Assembly (NCBI GenBank): GCA_964106645.2
Contig: OZ067042.1
Direction: 5' to 3' (one strand)
Source: Podarcis pityusensis
Taxonomy: Eukaryota
DNA length: 64,000 nt
Under the pieces are notes generated by a model, which was not told the DNA's origin, ran no database searches, and worked only from the letters and a program-made list of their open reading frames with translations. The position numbers and the translations under genes were made by a program. Numbering within the stretch: the first letter of the stretch is position 1; every line of letters starts with the position of its first letter. This document shows, in pieces, positions 23,680 through 36,705 of the stretch.

Positions 23680-24170
23680 TTCTAAGTTAGAATATACATA
23701 ATATATTGATAGATATAAATAACAAAGAATAAATATTGTGATAAGTGGGTTGCAGATTTAAATGAAGATATTGTGGAGGTAGTACGAGAATCCATGTGGG
23801 AGCAATACAGACATAATTCACCACGTGGAAATCTTTTAAAGTAATAGCAAGATAGTACATGACGCCATAGAGAATTAAAACGATTTATCTGGAGGAGAAA
23901 GCTGAATGCTGGCAATGTAACGCTGCATATTTGATGGAAAGGTCTGGTTCCACGAAAGCTTTCAATACTTATATTAAGATGTGGTGCTGTACCCTCTTAG
24001 AATTTAACTGGGATATATGGAAGGTGCTAGATCAGAAATGGAAAAAAATGTATGGTTTACTGATAGCAGCAAAAATATTTGTGCAAGATGAGGAAAGAAA
24101 CAGAAGTACAACGAATAGTGGATTGGGAAAACAGAACATTTAGAGAGAAAGAGAATTTGGACATGTTTTG
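23680..24170 (+). mobile_element. Decayed L1-clade LINE, ORF2 C-terminal region
   Basis: Translation fragments KWVADLNEDI..W, FKVIAR*YMTP*RIKTIY..AECWQC and LLIAAK match the L1/Tx1 ORF2 C-terminal 'Y.TP...CWRC' pattern. Contains stops and frameshifts. Confidence 0.7.
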
Positions 24171-24841
24171 GACTTAATCTAGAGATAGTTCTTAATGGGA
24201 AATATTGAAGAGACTATGCCTTACCTTGTTATGGTTTACTGATATGGCATTGAGTCTGACTGTGAATGACAGATTCAAACCTACACACTCAGGCATGAAA
24301 TGCAGCTCATTCATTCGAGTCATAGTCTCAGCCTGATCTACCCAGCAGGGTTAATAAAAGATGAATGGAATGACAACTGCTATGGTTTCTTATGCTATTT
24401 ACCTCTGGGTTTCATGCTACAGGCTAGGAGCCTTTTTTCAAATCCTCAGGATTTCCAGGAAAGGGGCGGGGGAGATAGTCAAAATGCCAACTATCCATTA
24501 GACTACCACTTAGTTAAATTGCAAAAATCAAGCATTCCAGCTTAGCTAGCCCATCAATGGAATTAATAAGAGTCACGTGCCAGATAAGCACAACAGCATT
24601 AGGGTAAGTCATTCCCAAAGACAAATAAGAGCTATTGCCCAGGCTCTAATTGAGGTCTCTATACCTCTATACCCCCCTTAATATGCGTGCACGCGCATGC
24701 ACACACACATGCACACACATGTGTGTGTTTTGTAAAAAGTCAGACCATTAATGCATCTAGCACAGTAACTGACTGGCATGAGCATCTAAGACAGAGAATG
24801 GTCTTTTCTAGTATTTTGCCCAAGTACCTTCTAAACAGATA

Positions 24842-25100
24842 CAGTGGTACCTCGGGTTAAGTGGTACCTCGGGTTAAGTACTTAATTCGTTCTGGAGGTC
24901 CGTTCTTAACCTGAAACTGTTCTTAACCTGAAGCACCACTTTAGCTAATGGGGCCTCCTGCTGCCGCCACGCCGCCAGAGCACGATTTCTGTTCTCATCC
25001 TGAAGCAAAGTTCTTAACCTGAGGTACTATTTCTGTGTTAGCGGAGTTTGTAACCTGAAGCATATGTAACCTGAAGCGTATGTAACCCGAGGTGCCACTG
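24842..25100. mobile_element. Tc1/mariner (pogo/Tigger-like) MITE, family B
   Basis: TA-flanked, with TIRs CAGTGGTACCTCGGGTTA / TAACCCGAGGTGCCACTG and internal TAACCTGAAG repeats. The left TIR is tandemly duplicated (17 bp, 24843-24876). Confidence 0.93.
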
Positions 25101-25279
25101 TATTGTGGTCAAATTCTTCCTGGGATAGCCAACATGGTGCCCTCTCAATGCTGCTGGATTACAACTCTGAATTAACTCCCCTGGGGGGGAAACTGTTCCA
25201 TAGCGTGGGGCTACTCCTTGATCCATCACTGTTGCTTAAGGTCCAGGTGGCCTTGTTGACTAGGAGTGCCTGTTTCTAG

Positions 25280-25790
25280 CTGTTCAGCAGCTACTACCCT
25301 TTTGACAGATGTAGCTTCACCACAGTGATCCATGCTCTGGTAACTTCCAGATTGGACTGTTGCCATGCACTCTACACAGGGCTGCCCTTGAAGACAGTTT
25401 GGAAGCTGCAACTTGTGCAGAATGCAGGAATAAAGCAGAAGTGGGCATTTCTGGCTGGACTCAGAATATACTGGTCTTAAAGCAACTGCTCTGGTACCAA
25501 TTCACTATCAAGCCCAGTTTAAATTGTTGATTTTGGCATTCAAAATCCTAAGTGACTTGGGCCCCAAATATTTAAAGACTTCTCCTCCCATATCCACCTG
25601 CCTGGACTGACGGGAGGGCGCTGCTGGCAGTGCCACCTCCTTGTGTGGTTTGTGGGCTGGTGGCGCATGGGGGCTTTTTCCCTGGTGACCCCCATGCTGT
25701 AGAATGTTATCTCCTCTGAGGTGCATCTTGTATAGTTTTCAGCAACAGGTCAAGATGCCCCTCTTTACCCAAGATTTTAAGACAGTGAAT
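25280..25790 (+). mobile_element. Old L2 LINE 3' fragment
   Basis: Translates as TTVIHALVTSRLDCCHALYTGLPLKTVWKLQLVQNA...AQFKLLILAFK, a decayed homologue of ORF 51576-52328. Confidence 0.85.
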
Positions 25791-28700
25791 GTTTTCCCTT
25801 GTGCTGTCTTGCTGCACACCTGTTTCGCTGTTCTCATTATTTTGTTTAGTTCTGCAGCTTTAACTTATGGTTTTCAATTAATTGTACTATTTTTATATGG
25901 CCTGCCCCGAGACCATTCAGTGAAGAGAGGGCTAGAAGTAGAAAATATATATATATAAAGTCATCCCTGACCATTGATGTTGCCAGCTGGTGCTGAGGGC
26001 AGTTGCACTCCAAAACATCTGGATATTGCTACTTGGGACTAAGTCTCATTTAATTTAATGAGGCTCCCTTCTGAGTAGGCATTAACAGGATTTCATTGTG
26101 AACCTATTCTCCCATCTGACCCCCACAGCTGCACTTTTATTCAGCCCTGCACAATACATTTTGCTGCCTGAGGTAAAGGACAAGATAGCACTTCCACTTT
26201 CCATGTACGGAAGCCACCTCGATTGGCAGCTGGAATTTTGCTTTAATAGCTGCAGCAAGATAACATCTTCCACTGCACCTGAGGGCAACAGGCTAGTTCA
26301 GGGAGTACATGACAAGCTACATAGCTCACACAGCTCTGATCTTCAAGGGAAGGGAATGCCCAGAGGTTCAGGAGGAATTTGTCACCTGAAGGGACTGCCT
26401 TCCTCTGCCTAATGGTAGAGCTGGCCCTGATTTCATTTCTGAGCCATGTCTGCACTGCATAGTGCACACAACAGAGTATAACTTGTATTTATACTTTTGA
26501 CTGATTAGGAGAACTTACTAGTTAGAAATTTAGGCCAATAAAGATTATAGAGAACCTAATCTTAGGGTATCTGTGCACGATGAATTTCTCACTCACACAG
26601 CAATTTCCCTAACAGCTAGTAAGAATGCAGCCATTAAGAAAACCTGGTGATGAGTCAAGATTGAATCCATGTGAGGGCAGGTGGGCCAGAACACTAACAG
26701 CCAGGGTTCCTGTGCCTTTTTATAGTAGTATGCAAGATGACATTTTAGCAGGTGCAGGTTTTTCCACACTGGCACAATAAGCTGCATTTACTCTAAAACA
26801 CCCCCCCTTAGATACAGCTAAAGGTACAGGAACCCCTTCAGGAGCACTAGACTAGGGAGGGATAGAGAAATGTGGTGATACACACGAGGGAATGGGCAAT
26901 GCATGCACAAACTAAGCTTGCAAGTTCAGTTATACCATTACTATTCCTCCAGAAATAACCACGAACAATCCCTGGATTGAGACAGGGTCAGGTTAGAGTG
27001 ATTCTACCTTAGCAAGAAGAACATGAAACTAGATGGTCTTCAGGTAGCTTCCAATGCAATGCAAAACTGCAACACAGAAAGCCTGCTTTTTCTGCATTTA
27101 GTATTTGTAAAACATTTCCCCATCAACTAGAGAGGGCAGGGAGAGGCACATTTTCTGCTGAAATATACAACAGCAAAAACGTGCAAGCAACATTTTGCCT
27201 ACTCAGTTACTAAATATTTTAAATACTCCCTTTCCTGCTAAATGAAATCCATTAAACACCCCCAACATTTCATACAGCAGGCAATAAAAGAGCAATTGTT
27301 AAGAAACATTTTGAGCTTTGTAGACATGATGCTACATATGGAACAAGCATGGTTTCTTACCTGATTTCCTTTTTGAGGATCCATAATCCCTGAAAAAAAG
27401 GCAACAACAGATAGACATGGTTAGGTCTTGAAGCACAGGGGAGAAAAAAGGTAGAGCCCACTTGCTCAGAAGCACGTTGTGGGCTTCCCCTCTTTTAAAC
27501 TGGAGCCTGGGACCACAAGGCATTGACACACACACCCAGCCGGTGATGCACCCTCCCTTGATCAGCAGCAGCTGGTGCTTCTGCAGCAGAGCCTAACAAG
27601 CCCATGTGATCCACTAGAAAGAGCCGACCATCCACTCAAGGGAGGGGGAGAGCATATCAATTCTGCCTTCTTTAAATCAAGCTTCAGATAGAGCTGTTAC
27701 TGGCTTAACCCTTTATCGTTTTCATCCAGCACAGAGGCACAAGCATGCCGGCTACTCCTTGCAAGGTTACCGCATTTGCTTTGTTAAGCGATACTGTGTG
27801 ACGCTTGCAGTACTATGGTTTCAAAAAAGCAGTTTGCCATCTGCATACCCCTGCAGCTTCTTCTAGTTATCTCTGCCTAACACTTGTCTGTGCAAAAGAA
27901 GAGTAGAAATGCGTGGCTTCTTTCACATAGGGAGAATAAATGCTGTTTTCTCACTTTGACTGGTTCTTTTGATTATGGGGCTGACAAGGTTTCTTTATTT
28001 CTAGAAAATATTTTATTAACTTGTACATTCACATAGATAGCTGGAGAAGCTCTTGCATTTCCAAAGCAGGATTTCCCCACCATCACATACATGCTTACTT
28101 AGAAGTAAATCCTAATAAGTTCAATGGGAACTAACTCTCAAGTAGGTGTGCATAGGATTTTAGCCTTAAACATGAGAAAATGCACATTTTCCAATAGCGA
28201 TTTCAATAAATTGCCCATCTATTAGTACAATCTGTTCCCTACTAGAAATGAATAAGAACCTGGTGTTCCCCAGATGCTGCTGGACTCCCAACGTCTAGTA
28301 GCCCCAGCCAGAATGGCCAACAGTCAGGATTATGGAAGTTGGAGTTCAACATCTGGAAGGCCACCGGTTCCCCACCTCTACTTTAAGTGAAGCAGCTCTC
28401 CAAAGTCATAAATGACAATAAAGACATTTCATGAAAACATACAAATAGGAAATTGGTTAAAGGATTTAAATAATGATTAAGAACCTGTTCCCAACCTCTT
28501 GAAGCTACTGACCATTCATAGGTGATTGGGGGGAACTGAAGAGAGAATAGAATACAATGTATGGCTGTAAACAATACTGTGAGCAGAATACCCAGTGGTG
28601 GTACCAATGCTTCTCTTTGGGGACACAACCCCTGACTACTTATCCCCTTCCTTCTGGAGCTCTGAAATTGTTAAAATTGAGACGTTTGTAATGTTTCTAG

Positions 28701-29167
28701 CATTCTGACCCCTTTCCCTCTTTCACGAGACAAATAAACCAATGAAATAAAAGTAATTACTATCCTATTCATTTACTAAGCTAAATCGTTGCATTGTGGA
28801 GCTCTCTTCAACATGAATCTGTTCCTTCACAATCCGGGTCAACTTTTTCCATAGACTTAGAATGCCTCTCATTGTGATGGTATATTAAGTACAAGAGCCC
28901 AAAATTCCTTGCCTCCAGCAAAAACAGGGCTTGAGGAAGGCCAAAATTTCTGAAATTCTCTCTGTTCAAGCAGAGTAGACAGAAAGAAGGGCCCTGTGTT
29001 GAGGAGAAGGGGCTGCACAGACTTGAAGCAATACTGTGATGGTATTAGAAGAAGCTACAGTCTAGTTCTACACATGTTTACTCAGGTAGACTTCCCATTC
29101 TTCAATGGACTAATACCTATACCCATTATATATGGCATAAGTGCTTCTCAGCTTGCAAATCCCAATA

Positions 29168-29390
29168 CAGTCGTACCTTGGATCCCAAATGCCTTGGTAC
29201 TTGTCCATTTTGGCTCCCGAACGCCACAAATCCAGAAGTGAGCATTCCAGTTTGTGAACGTTCTTTGGAAACTGAATGTCCAATGGGGCTTCCACGGTTT
29301 CCAGTCGGAAGCTGCACCTTGGTTTCCGAATGTTTTGGAAGTCGAACGGATTTCCCAAATGGATTCCATTCGATTTCCGAGGTACCATGG
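29168..29390. mobile_element. Tc1/mariner MITE, family A relative (opposite orientation to 22970)
   Basis: TA-flanked CAGTCGTACCTTGG...CCGAGGTACCATGG. Its start is the reverse complement of the end of 22970-23194. Confidence 0.85.
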
Positions 29391-29501
29391 TATATTTGCA
29401 CAATGAGGGACTTGCCACATCCCAATTCCAGAGATCTTCTTTCTTCCTTTCACCATGCTGACAGCCCATCAGTACTGTTGGTTGGCCCATTTCAGAGAAC
29501 T

Positions 29502-29968
29502 GCCACATTCACACCACACATTTAAACCACTATGATGCTACTTTAGACAATTTACAGTTTCCTGCAAATAGATTGTCAAGTCACTCTGAAATTGTAGCTC
29601 TGTGAGGAGAATACAGGTCCCCTAACAACTCTTAGCACCCTTAACAAACTACAGCTCCCAGAATTCTATGGGGAAAGCCGTGATTGTTTAAAGTGGTATC
29701 ACTATACTTTAAATGTACAGTGGTACCTCAGGTTACAGACGCTTCAAGTTACAGACGCTTCAGGTTACAGACTCCGCTAACCCAGAAATAGTACCTCGGG
29801 TTAAGAACTTTGCTTCAGGATGAGAACAGAAATCGTGCGGCGGCAGCAGTGGGAGACCCCATTAGCTAAAGTGGTACCTCAGGTTAAAAACAATTTTAGG
29901 TTAAGAACGGACCTCCAGAACGTATTAAGTTCTTAACCCGAGGTACCACTGTACAGTGTGAATGTGGC
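29502..29968. mobile_element. Non-autonomous foldback DNA element (GCCACATTCACAC TIR family), hosting a nested MITE
   Basis: Perfect 13-bp TIR GCCACATTCACAC / GTGTGAATGTGGC, extended imperfectly by CATTTAAA/TTTAAATG. The internal AACAAACTACAG.TCCCAG motif is shared with 48750-49350 and 59210-59330. Confidence 0.8.
29718..29951. mobile_element. Tc1/mariner MITE, family B (inverted relative to 24842)
   Basis: TA-flanked, with TIRs CAGTGGTACCTCAGGTTA / TAACCCGAGGTACCACTG. Inserted in the right arm of the 29502-29968 element. Confidence 0.93.
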
Positions 29969-31139
29969 CTAATTCTATCCTTCATCTATCAGTGCCATCT
30001 CTGGGCATGATGTATTCTCCTCCTTCCTGCTCTTACCACTCCCCATTTGCTTACCCTCTTCTCTGGACCGAATCCATACTATCAGTTAGAGGGAAAGGGA
30101 AAGATAAGTAAGTGGAAGCTGATGCTGTTTGTCCTTGCTCCTGTCACTGCTCTCTTCCTTAGCCTGGTAAAATCAGAGTGACAGAAAGGACAATCATCAG
30201 GGCCAGGAACAAGGGGAAAGAAATTCACAAGGACCCAAAAGAGGACATAAAGAAGGGTCCAAACAGGCACAAAATGAATGAATAATTGGTGATGGAGTCA
30301 GGAGGATGACATGCAAATCCATTGAATGGGATAATATATGTGTGTGAAGCTACTTTTTTGTCCTGAATGTTTTGCCTTTGAAATTATTCAACTTTCCCTG
30401 ATGAAAGATGAACCTTGAGTTTGATGAGTTCATCAGTGCATTAGGATATAATATATGGCAGTGCAGCACCAGGAAAGGACCCATGCCTCATGGGGAAAGC
30501 AGCGACTATGGAATAACAAAACAGGAGGCTTCAGAGGGCAGGAACAATCAATTAAAACCACATGACCTTCCCCAGGAAAGGTCATCCAGACTGGGATATG
30601 CAACACTGATGTTTATTGCTGGCTTTTTCCTGGAAAGTTAAAGGACAAAATAGATATTGCTTAAGAATCATATCCCCCATCTGGTTCTGCTTTGCCTTGT
30701 TTATCCCTTCAATTTGTGAACTTTTGCACAAGAGACAGAATATTTACCTCACAAAGGACCTGCCCCATAAAGCAGCCTGGACTGCCTGCAGTCCAGTCTT
30801 TCAGATACATCTTGCATCAGACCAGATTTAATTTTCTCCCATTGTGAAGTTTTCATTGAGGGTATCATTTTATAGAATGTAAATAATGACAAACAGAAGT
30901 TTAAAAAGCACAGTGAGGAACAACACAAAGGTGAGTCATTATTATTTTGAAATATTCATAGTAGAAGTGTCTGCAAGTTGCAAAATAATGCTCATTGCAT
31001 AAATCATTTAAATGCTTTTAACATAGCTGGGGTTTCATAGATTCATGACATTACACTACAAGTTTAAGCTTGCTTCACACACATTGACTGCATAGGTGCT
31101 AACCAATGCCCCCCCCCGACCTCTCTGAACTCACTCAAC

Positions 31140-31450
31140 TCAGGGGAAGAGCTAAGGTAAAATTCGACCAAAAGAGATCCAAAATATACACATTTTTACA
31201 AGCAATTTTCTTCAAAATAATGCATTTTTATGTTATTTTCATTAATATGTATTTCTTTGATCACTTTACCTCAAAATATGGATTTTTTTTGTAAACATTT
31301 TTGGCAGGAGAACTGCATTGCAAAATTCGGAGAAGTGAGAATTTGGAAGCATGGCACTGTTTCATTCCTTGTGTTGTTTCAGAAAGTATGAATTTGGTAG
31401 CCTTTGCTTCAAATATGAACTGGGGGGGGGGGATTCTCAACCATCCCTAG
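31140..31450. mobile_element. Probable remnant of a non-autonomous DNA-transposon-like repeat
   Basis: AT-rich TGCATTTT-type core, then GAGAACTGCATTGCAAAATTCGGAGAAGTG, ending CATCCCTA. Resembles a recurrent lizard repeat from recall only. Confidence 0.45.
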
Positions 31451-32740
31451 ATCAAAGCAGGAATCAGTGTTTGAATGGTGTAGCCAGACTTTTTAAACCG
31501 TTTGTCCTCACTGGTAGGAGGGTGTGCGCACTTGGGCACCACTTCAGGCAGTAAAATGTCTTGGGCCAGCAGTAGTCAAAAACCCTGACCAGCACTAGCT
31601 GTAGATTTTTAGATCACTTTCATGATGAAAAAATAGAATTGTGGTTCTAAAATAGCTGCCTTTTTAGTGCTGAGTCCTAAACCCACTCACACACATGCTC
31701 TGGGATGATTAATATTTTTGTGGTTTTTGATTAGTTAAGGTCCCTTGTTCATAATTTCAAAGGCAGTCTTGATTTATCAGGTTTCCTAGCACTATAACAC
31801 CAGGGGCCCATTTCCCTCTGAAATGGCACAATGATTTTTTGCAATACATAATGTACTGGGATTATCCTATATCCTACAAGATGTGGGTGAGAGAGAAATG
31901 AAGCCAATTGTCAAGGTTTACAGTCTCCATTTTTCTTCTCAACAGTCATACAGTCTCTCTCTTGGTATACTGTTAGTATTAGTGATGTCCCTTTGATCTT
32001 GTGCATTTGCTGCTCATTTTTCTGAGCTATACTACTCCAGAAAGAAGCTGTAGTGTTGGCACTCTATCATTTCTTTATATAAGTTGTTGCCTGATTTAAT
32101 TTAACACGTGCTTCCTGGTCATATTCTATTTGCAGTTACAAAAGGAAACACAAAGACAACTCCTTATCCAACATGGCTAAAAGTTCATGCACATCAAAAT
32201 AGATCCTATAAAACTACATACAGTTGTGGGGAAAACACCAGAACAGACTTCCTAGAGGTCGGGCACTACCAGCTTTGATACAGCTTTTACATAAAAGGCT
32301 TTGTGCTCATAGTTCTATCAGGCTATAAGATGCAATCCAGACCAGTTCTCATAAGTATTAAGCATGTCAGGACATATGTTGGCACGCTCCAGTATGTGTT
32401 AAGCTTATACCAGAGACCTCCCATAACCTGTTTGGCAGTAATCCTATGAGATGGCTATCAGGCACTTCACTTTTTATGTAGAGTTATGCATATCCATCTG
32501 AGAAAACACCTTTTCAAATGGACATCTTTCTAACTTTCTGAACAAAAAATGCCACCTGCGTTTTGCTAGCAGCTTTCCTGGAGATGTGACTCTCTTAGCA
32601 CTAAGTAGCTACTTTATATTCAATATATTTCACCTGGTTATTTCCATAGATATAAAGTCCCCATGTCCCATATGTGTCTTGGTTAGGGATAGAGTACTCT
32701 TGCCCAGTGGTGGTAGACTTCAGATTTGTAGGAGCTGCTC

Positions 32741-32783
32741 TTATTTTATTTTATTTTATTTTATTTTATTTTATTTTATTTTA
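32741..32783 (+). repeat. (TTTTA)n pentanucleotide repeat
   Basis: Directly visible. Confidence 0.95.
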
Positions 32784-35700
32784 CTAGCAGCCAAAGATCC
32801 ACCAACCAGAGCCTGGTACAAAAGGCATACACTGAATGAAAGAATTCTGAAGCCAGGAATTTATTCTGAGTGCCCTTCCATGCAACAGTCCACTCCTGGT
32901 ATCCCAAGCTCTCTGCATTTCAGCAATATGATTTAGGGTGGTGATAGGAGGCGATCATTTTGCATATCAAAAATCCTTACCTATCTACTGCAAATCATCA
33001 TGAGATCTACCTTAGGCCCACTCCTGCTCTTGCTCATACATGATCGCTCTATGCTGTTCTAAAGCTGCTAGATCCATAAGACTGAAAGCTTGCATCTCTC
33101 TCCATAAGCATAACTATGGACTACAATGATAAATCATGCATTGATTTATTCTCTCCTTTGCTTCTTGGATTAGAAACAACAGACTCTTAAATTCCCCCAA
33201 AACTGAAATTTAACTAAAGAAGAGAGCTCAATATCCACTGGGAGACACAGTTGCCTTGTTCAGAAAATCAAAAGACTGGGACATGAGTCTTGGTTCAGAT
33301 GTAACACTAAAAGGAATGAGCTGGGCTAGTCTTTGCACATGACACCCCCTTCTCTCTCCTCCTCTGGCACAGCCAACCAGGAACTTTCACCTTTACAATA
33401 ATCAGAATTTCTCATTATGTCCACATTGATCCTGGCTTATTTCAATAAACCATAGTTGAAACTTACCTCAGTTTGTCTTGTTGAATGTAACAACAAACTA
33501 TGATTAGTTGAACATGATAGCAGATAGTTCTAACACGTATACAATTTACATTAAAAACCCTTAATGCCACAAAATAAGTCACACAGAGAACATTTCCTGC
33601 ATGTAAAAAATTAGTGCCTAAGGGAGAAAGCTAATTTAGAACCCTTCTCCCTGTCATGCCTGCATCACCCTGCAGCCTGAAGCAGTGCAGGACACACAAG
33701 GATTATATAGGCAATAGAAACACCATATGATCATGTTAAATGAGTCAAAGAAATCGCAAAGTAACTGCGGGGAAAACCAGTTAAATTAAAAACAAAAACC
33801 AACACATCATTGAGTAGGAGCCTACATTCTTCTGTGTAAATGCTTATAATGCATATAAATTACCAGCATCCAGAGCGGGATCTTGGCTTCCCCTGTGCAT
33901 TCGATTCAGCATTTTAGGCTCCAAACTGTCTTCTGGACAGTGATTTAGAATGGAAAAGCTTTTATCTAATTGTGAAACAGGATTCTTGCCAGACACCTCT
34001 AATGGATGAGATATACAGCAGGGCCTGCTGCCTCGTCATTGCTTTATTTCCTCCTGTTTGGTGAAATGGGGGAGGGGGACACTTCTCCATTCAACCTCCC
34101 TGACTCTGCTTTTCACCAGGTAGCAAATGACCCTCACTTAATGGCCTTAGTGGTTTTCAATTTGACAGGCAATTGCTTACAATGAGGAGTGCATACATGT
34201 GCACACTTTACTTGTTACTCAAAGCACCTTCATGGTTCCTCTTCTGAATGAGTCCCAGGAGTAAAACACTGGATTAGAGCCCCAGCTGTAGTAACTGTAA
34301 CCGGACATCAAACACAGGCCTGTGGCTTTATTGTCTGGATAGGTAAGGATTAACCTCAATCTTTGTTCAGCCTGACACAAAGACAATTCAGGGCATTTTC
34401 ACACATATGGCTTTACAACACTTCCTGCTTCAATCCATTTGCAATGTAAACAACACAGGCAATTTGTAGAAAAGCAGAGCCAACAGATGGATGTCACTGA
34501 CAACCAGAAGGGGGGGAAATTGGTTCTTCTCATTGTCATCAACATAATGATGCTGCATTTGTACTTCTGGTTAAGTACTGTCCCTCTTTTCCAACTGGTA
34601 TTGATATTTTTTCTATTAAAATGGGAAAGCACTTTATTTCCTTCCTCAAAGACCATATTAGATCCTGTGTGCACTTCAAGTTTCCAAATGGCTCTACCTG
34701 AAGACACAAATCTCTGTGGTTGTTGTGCAGCTGTTGTGGCAATAAGTCTTATCCTCCCAGTTCCTCCTATCATTTTACTTTTCTGTTTCTTACGGAGAGT
34801 CACTCAAGGGTGCAAAAGAGTGGTGGACCCTTATTCATAAGGATGAAAGGGATCTTGGCATACTTACTGAACTAGTTTGCTCTACACAGTAGATCTAACT
34901 TAGTGGGACCGTGAGAAGATTTGTTCTTCGCTCCAGCTTGTGGTGAGAGAGGTGAGAGCTTAACCACGATTCCCTGTTCCACCAAGATGCTAAGCCAAGC
35001 CTTGGTTTAGTTCAAGGAGCATGACAGTAAATAGGACCAGGGAGGAGCCAAGTGGCTGTGAGCTCATCTCCAGCAGCCCACATGTTCACACAGTTTTGCT
35101 AAACCAAAGTTTGGCCTACCATGCCATCTAAACCAACCTGTTGTCTGCATAGCCTAAAAGGGATAAGCATAATCTTTAGAAAATTTACCAGCTGTAACCA
35201 CCCTCATGCCTTACTCCCTGCAATTTTAAAAAAGGAGGAGTGATGATTAAAAATGAATAATAATGTAAAATATTGGAAATAAAAAAACATGCATTTTTAA
35301 TACTCTCATAACTAACATATATTGAGATCCGAGTGTGCCAAAGAGGCTCACAACACATTTTACACTGGTATTGCTTAAAAGGCAAACTTCATGGGCAGTC
35401 ATTTGTGGCAAGCAGCTCCCATGTGGTTAAAGCTGTTTTCAAAGTGTGCTCAATCAGCGCTCAATCATACTCCTGGCGTTTGTAACCCCAAGGAAAACCC
35501 CCTGAAAAAGATGAGAGTTGCTGGTTTGGTTCACATCAGTCCAAACCACATAGGAGTTGCTTCACAGATGGAAAGCTCTGCCCTCTAAGCAACAACTCCG
35601 TTGCAGAGAAACATAGGAAGCAAGCCAAAGAAAGCCAATGAGGCCACGAGGACTTCCAGCAATCATCTTTCAGCACCTTACCACTAGCTCTCTAGTCTCT

Positions 35701-36549
35701 CAGCAAGCCAGGCAAATTAGGCTCTGTGGGTTTGAGGACACCATCTAGCCTACCCCCACCCCCACCCTGTCACATTAAGATTACCTCATGCAAACTCTTC
35801 TCATCAAGCAGCTATAAAGACAGCCTCACCTAAACATAACCTTGCATCCGAACACCAGCCTGTTTTCAAGCAATTGGTTTACCTCTGGGTCTGTGGAACC
35901 AGGTCTGCTTGAGACAGAATCCTTCCCCCCACCCCCCACAACTGCAGGCTCTCATGGAGCTTGGCCGTGACCTGACAAAAGATGAATCAGATTCCACTTC
36001 TCTTAGGTACACTGATAACAATGCCATAGCCTAGCAATCCACCCACTAGGTCTGAACAACCCACTTAGGAGCCCCAAACCAAGATGTGTAAGTCAGGGAC
36101 ATCTGGCACCCTGGAATGACTTCACATTGTGGATCTGTTGCATGCTTGTGTTGATTCTATGTTTGCATAGATTCTCCTCTGCAAGGAATAAAAGGGCAGC
36201 TGCTGCCTCCAGGGAAATAGCTGAGTTTGGAGTCTTTATGTTATGGAAGAAATCATGTTCATCGTGCAGCTCTCCCCTTGTGTTTCTCATTCTTGAAGGT
36301 CTGAAAACAGTTTCTCTCGAACTGAGTTGCTTTTAGTGGCATATCTTCCATGCTCCCTTCAAGAACATAACAATAGTTTGCTTTGTAAATTACTGGGGGA
36401 GGAGAACAATACAGCCCAAAGATTTTATAGAGATGGGAAGACAATTATACCTTTTATGCTGGTTGGCCTGCGAAAACAGGAGATGGAAGGTGTAAAGAAA
36501 AACAACTAAAAGCCCTGTCCACAAGTCTTTCACGTATCTGCTCAGATAA

Positions 36550-36705
36550 GGTCCATAACTCAGGGATTAGAGAAGCTGTTTTAATTGCACAAGGTCTCAA
36601 CTTCAAGAGAGACCTGAAATCTCAGAAAGCCACTGCCAGTCAGTGGAGACAATACTGAGCTTGATGGACCAATGGTCTGACTCAGTGCATGGCAGATTCT
36701 TGTCC
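36550..36705 (+). mobile_element. Squam2-like SINE, decayed and internally deleted
   Basis: GCCACTGCCAGTCAGTGGAGACAATACTGAGCTTGATGGACCAATGGTCTGACTCAGT tail; head CCATAACTCAG. Confidence 0.7.

Noticed and set aside
24905-25092. Repeated TAACCTGAAG units resembling a spaced array
   Set aside because: Internal subterminal repeats of a TA-flanked MITE; irregular spacing, eukaryotic context and no cas genes, so not CRISPR.
33725-33825. Good minus-strand acceptor (tttaactggttttccccgcAG)
   Set aside because: No acceptable donor and no recognisable reading frame downstream.
34399-34840. Overlapping 134-aa (-) and 133-aa (+) ORFs
   Set aside because: No recognisable family, non-ATG starts and no convincing splice sites; consistent with chance in 64 kb.
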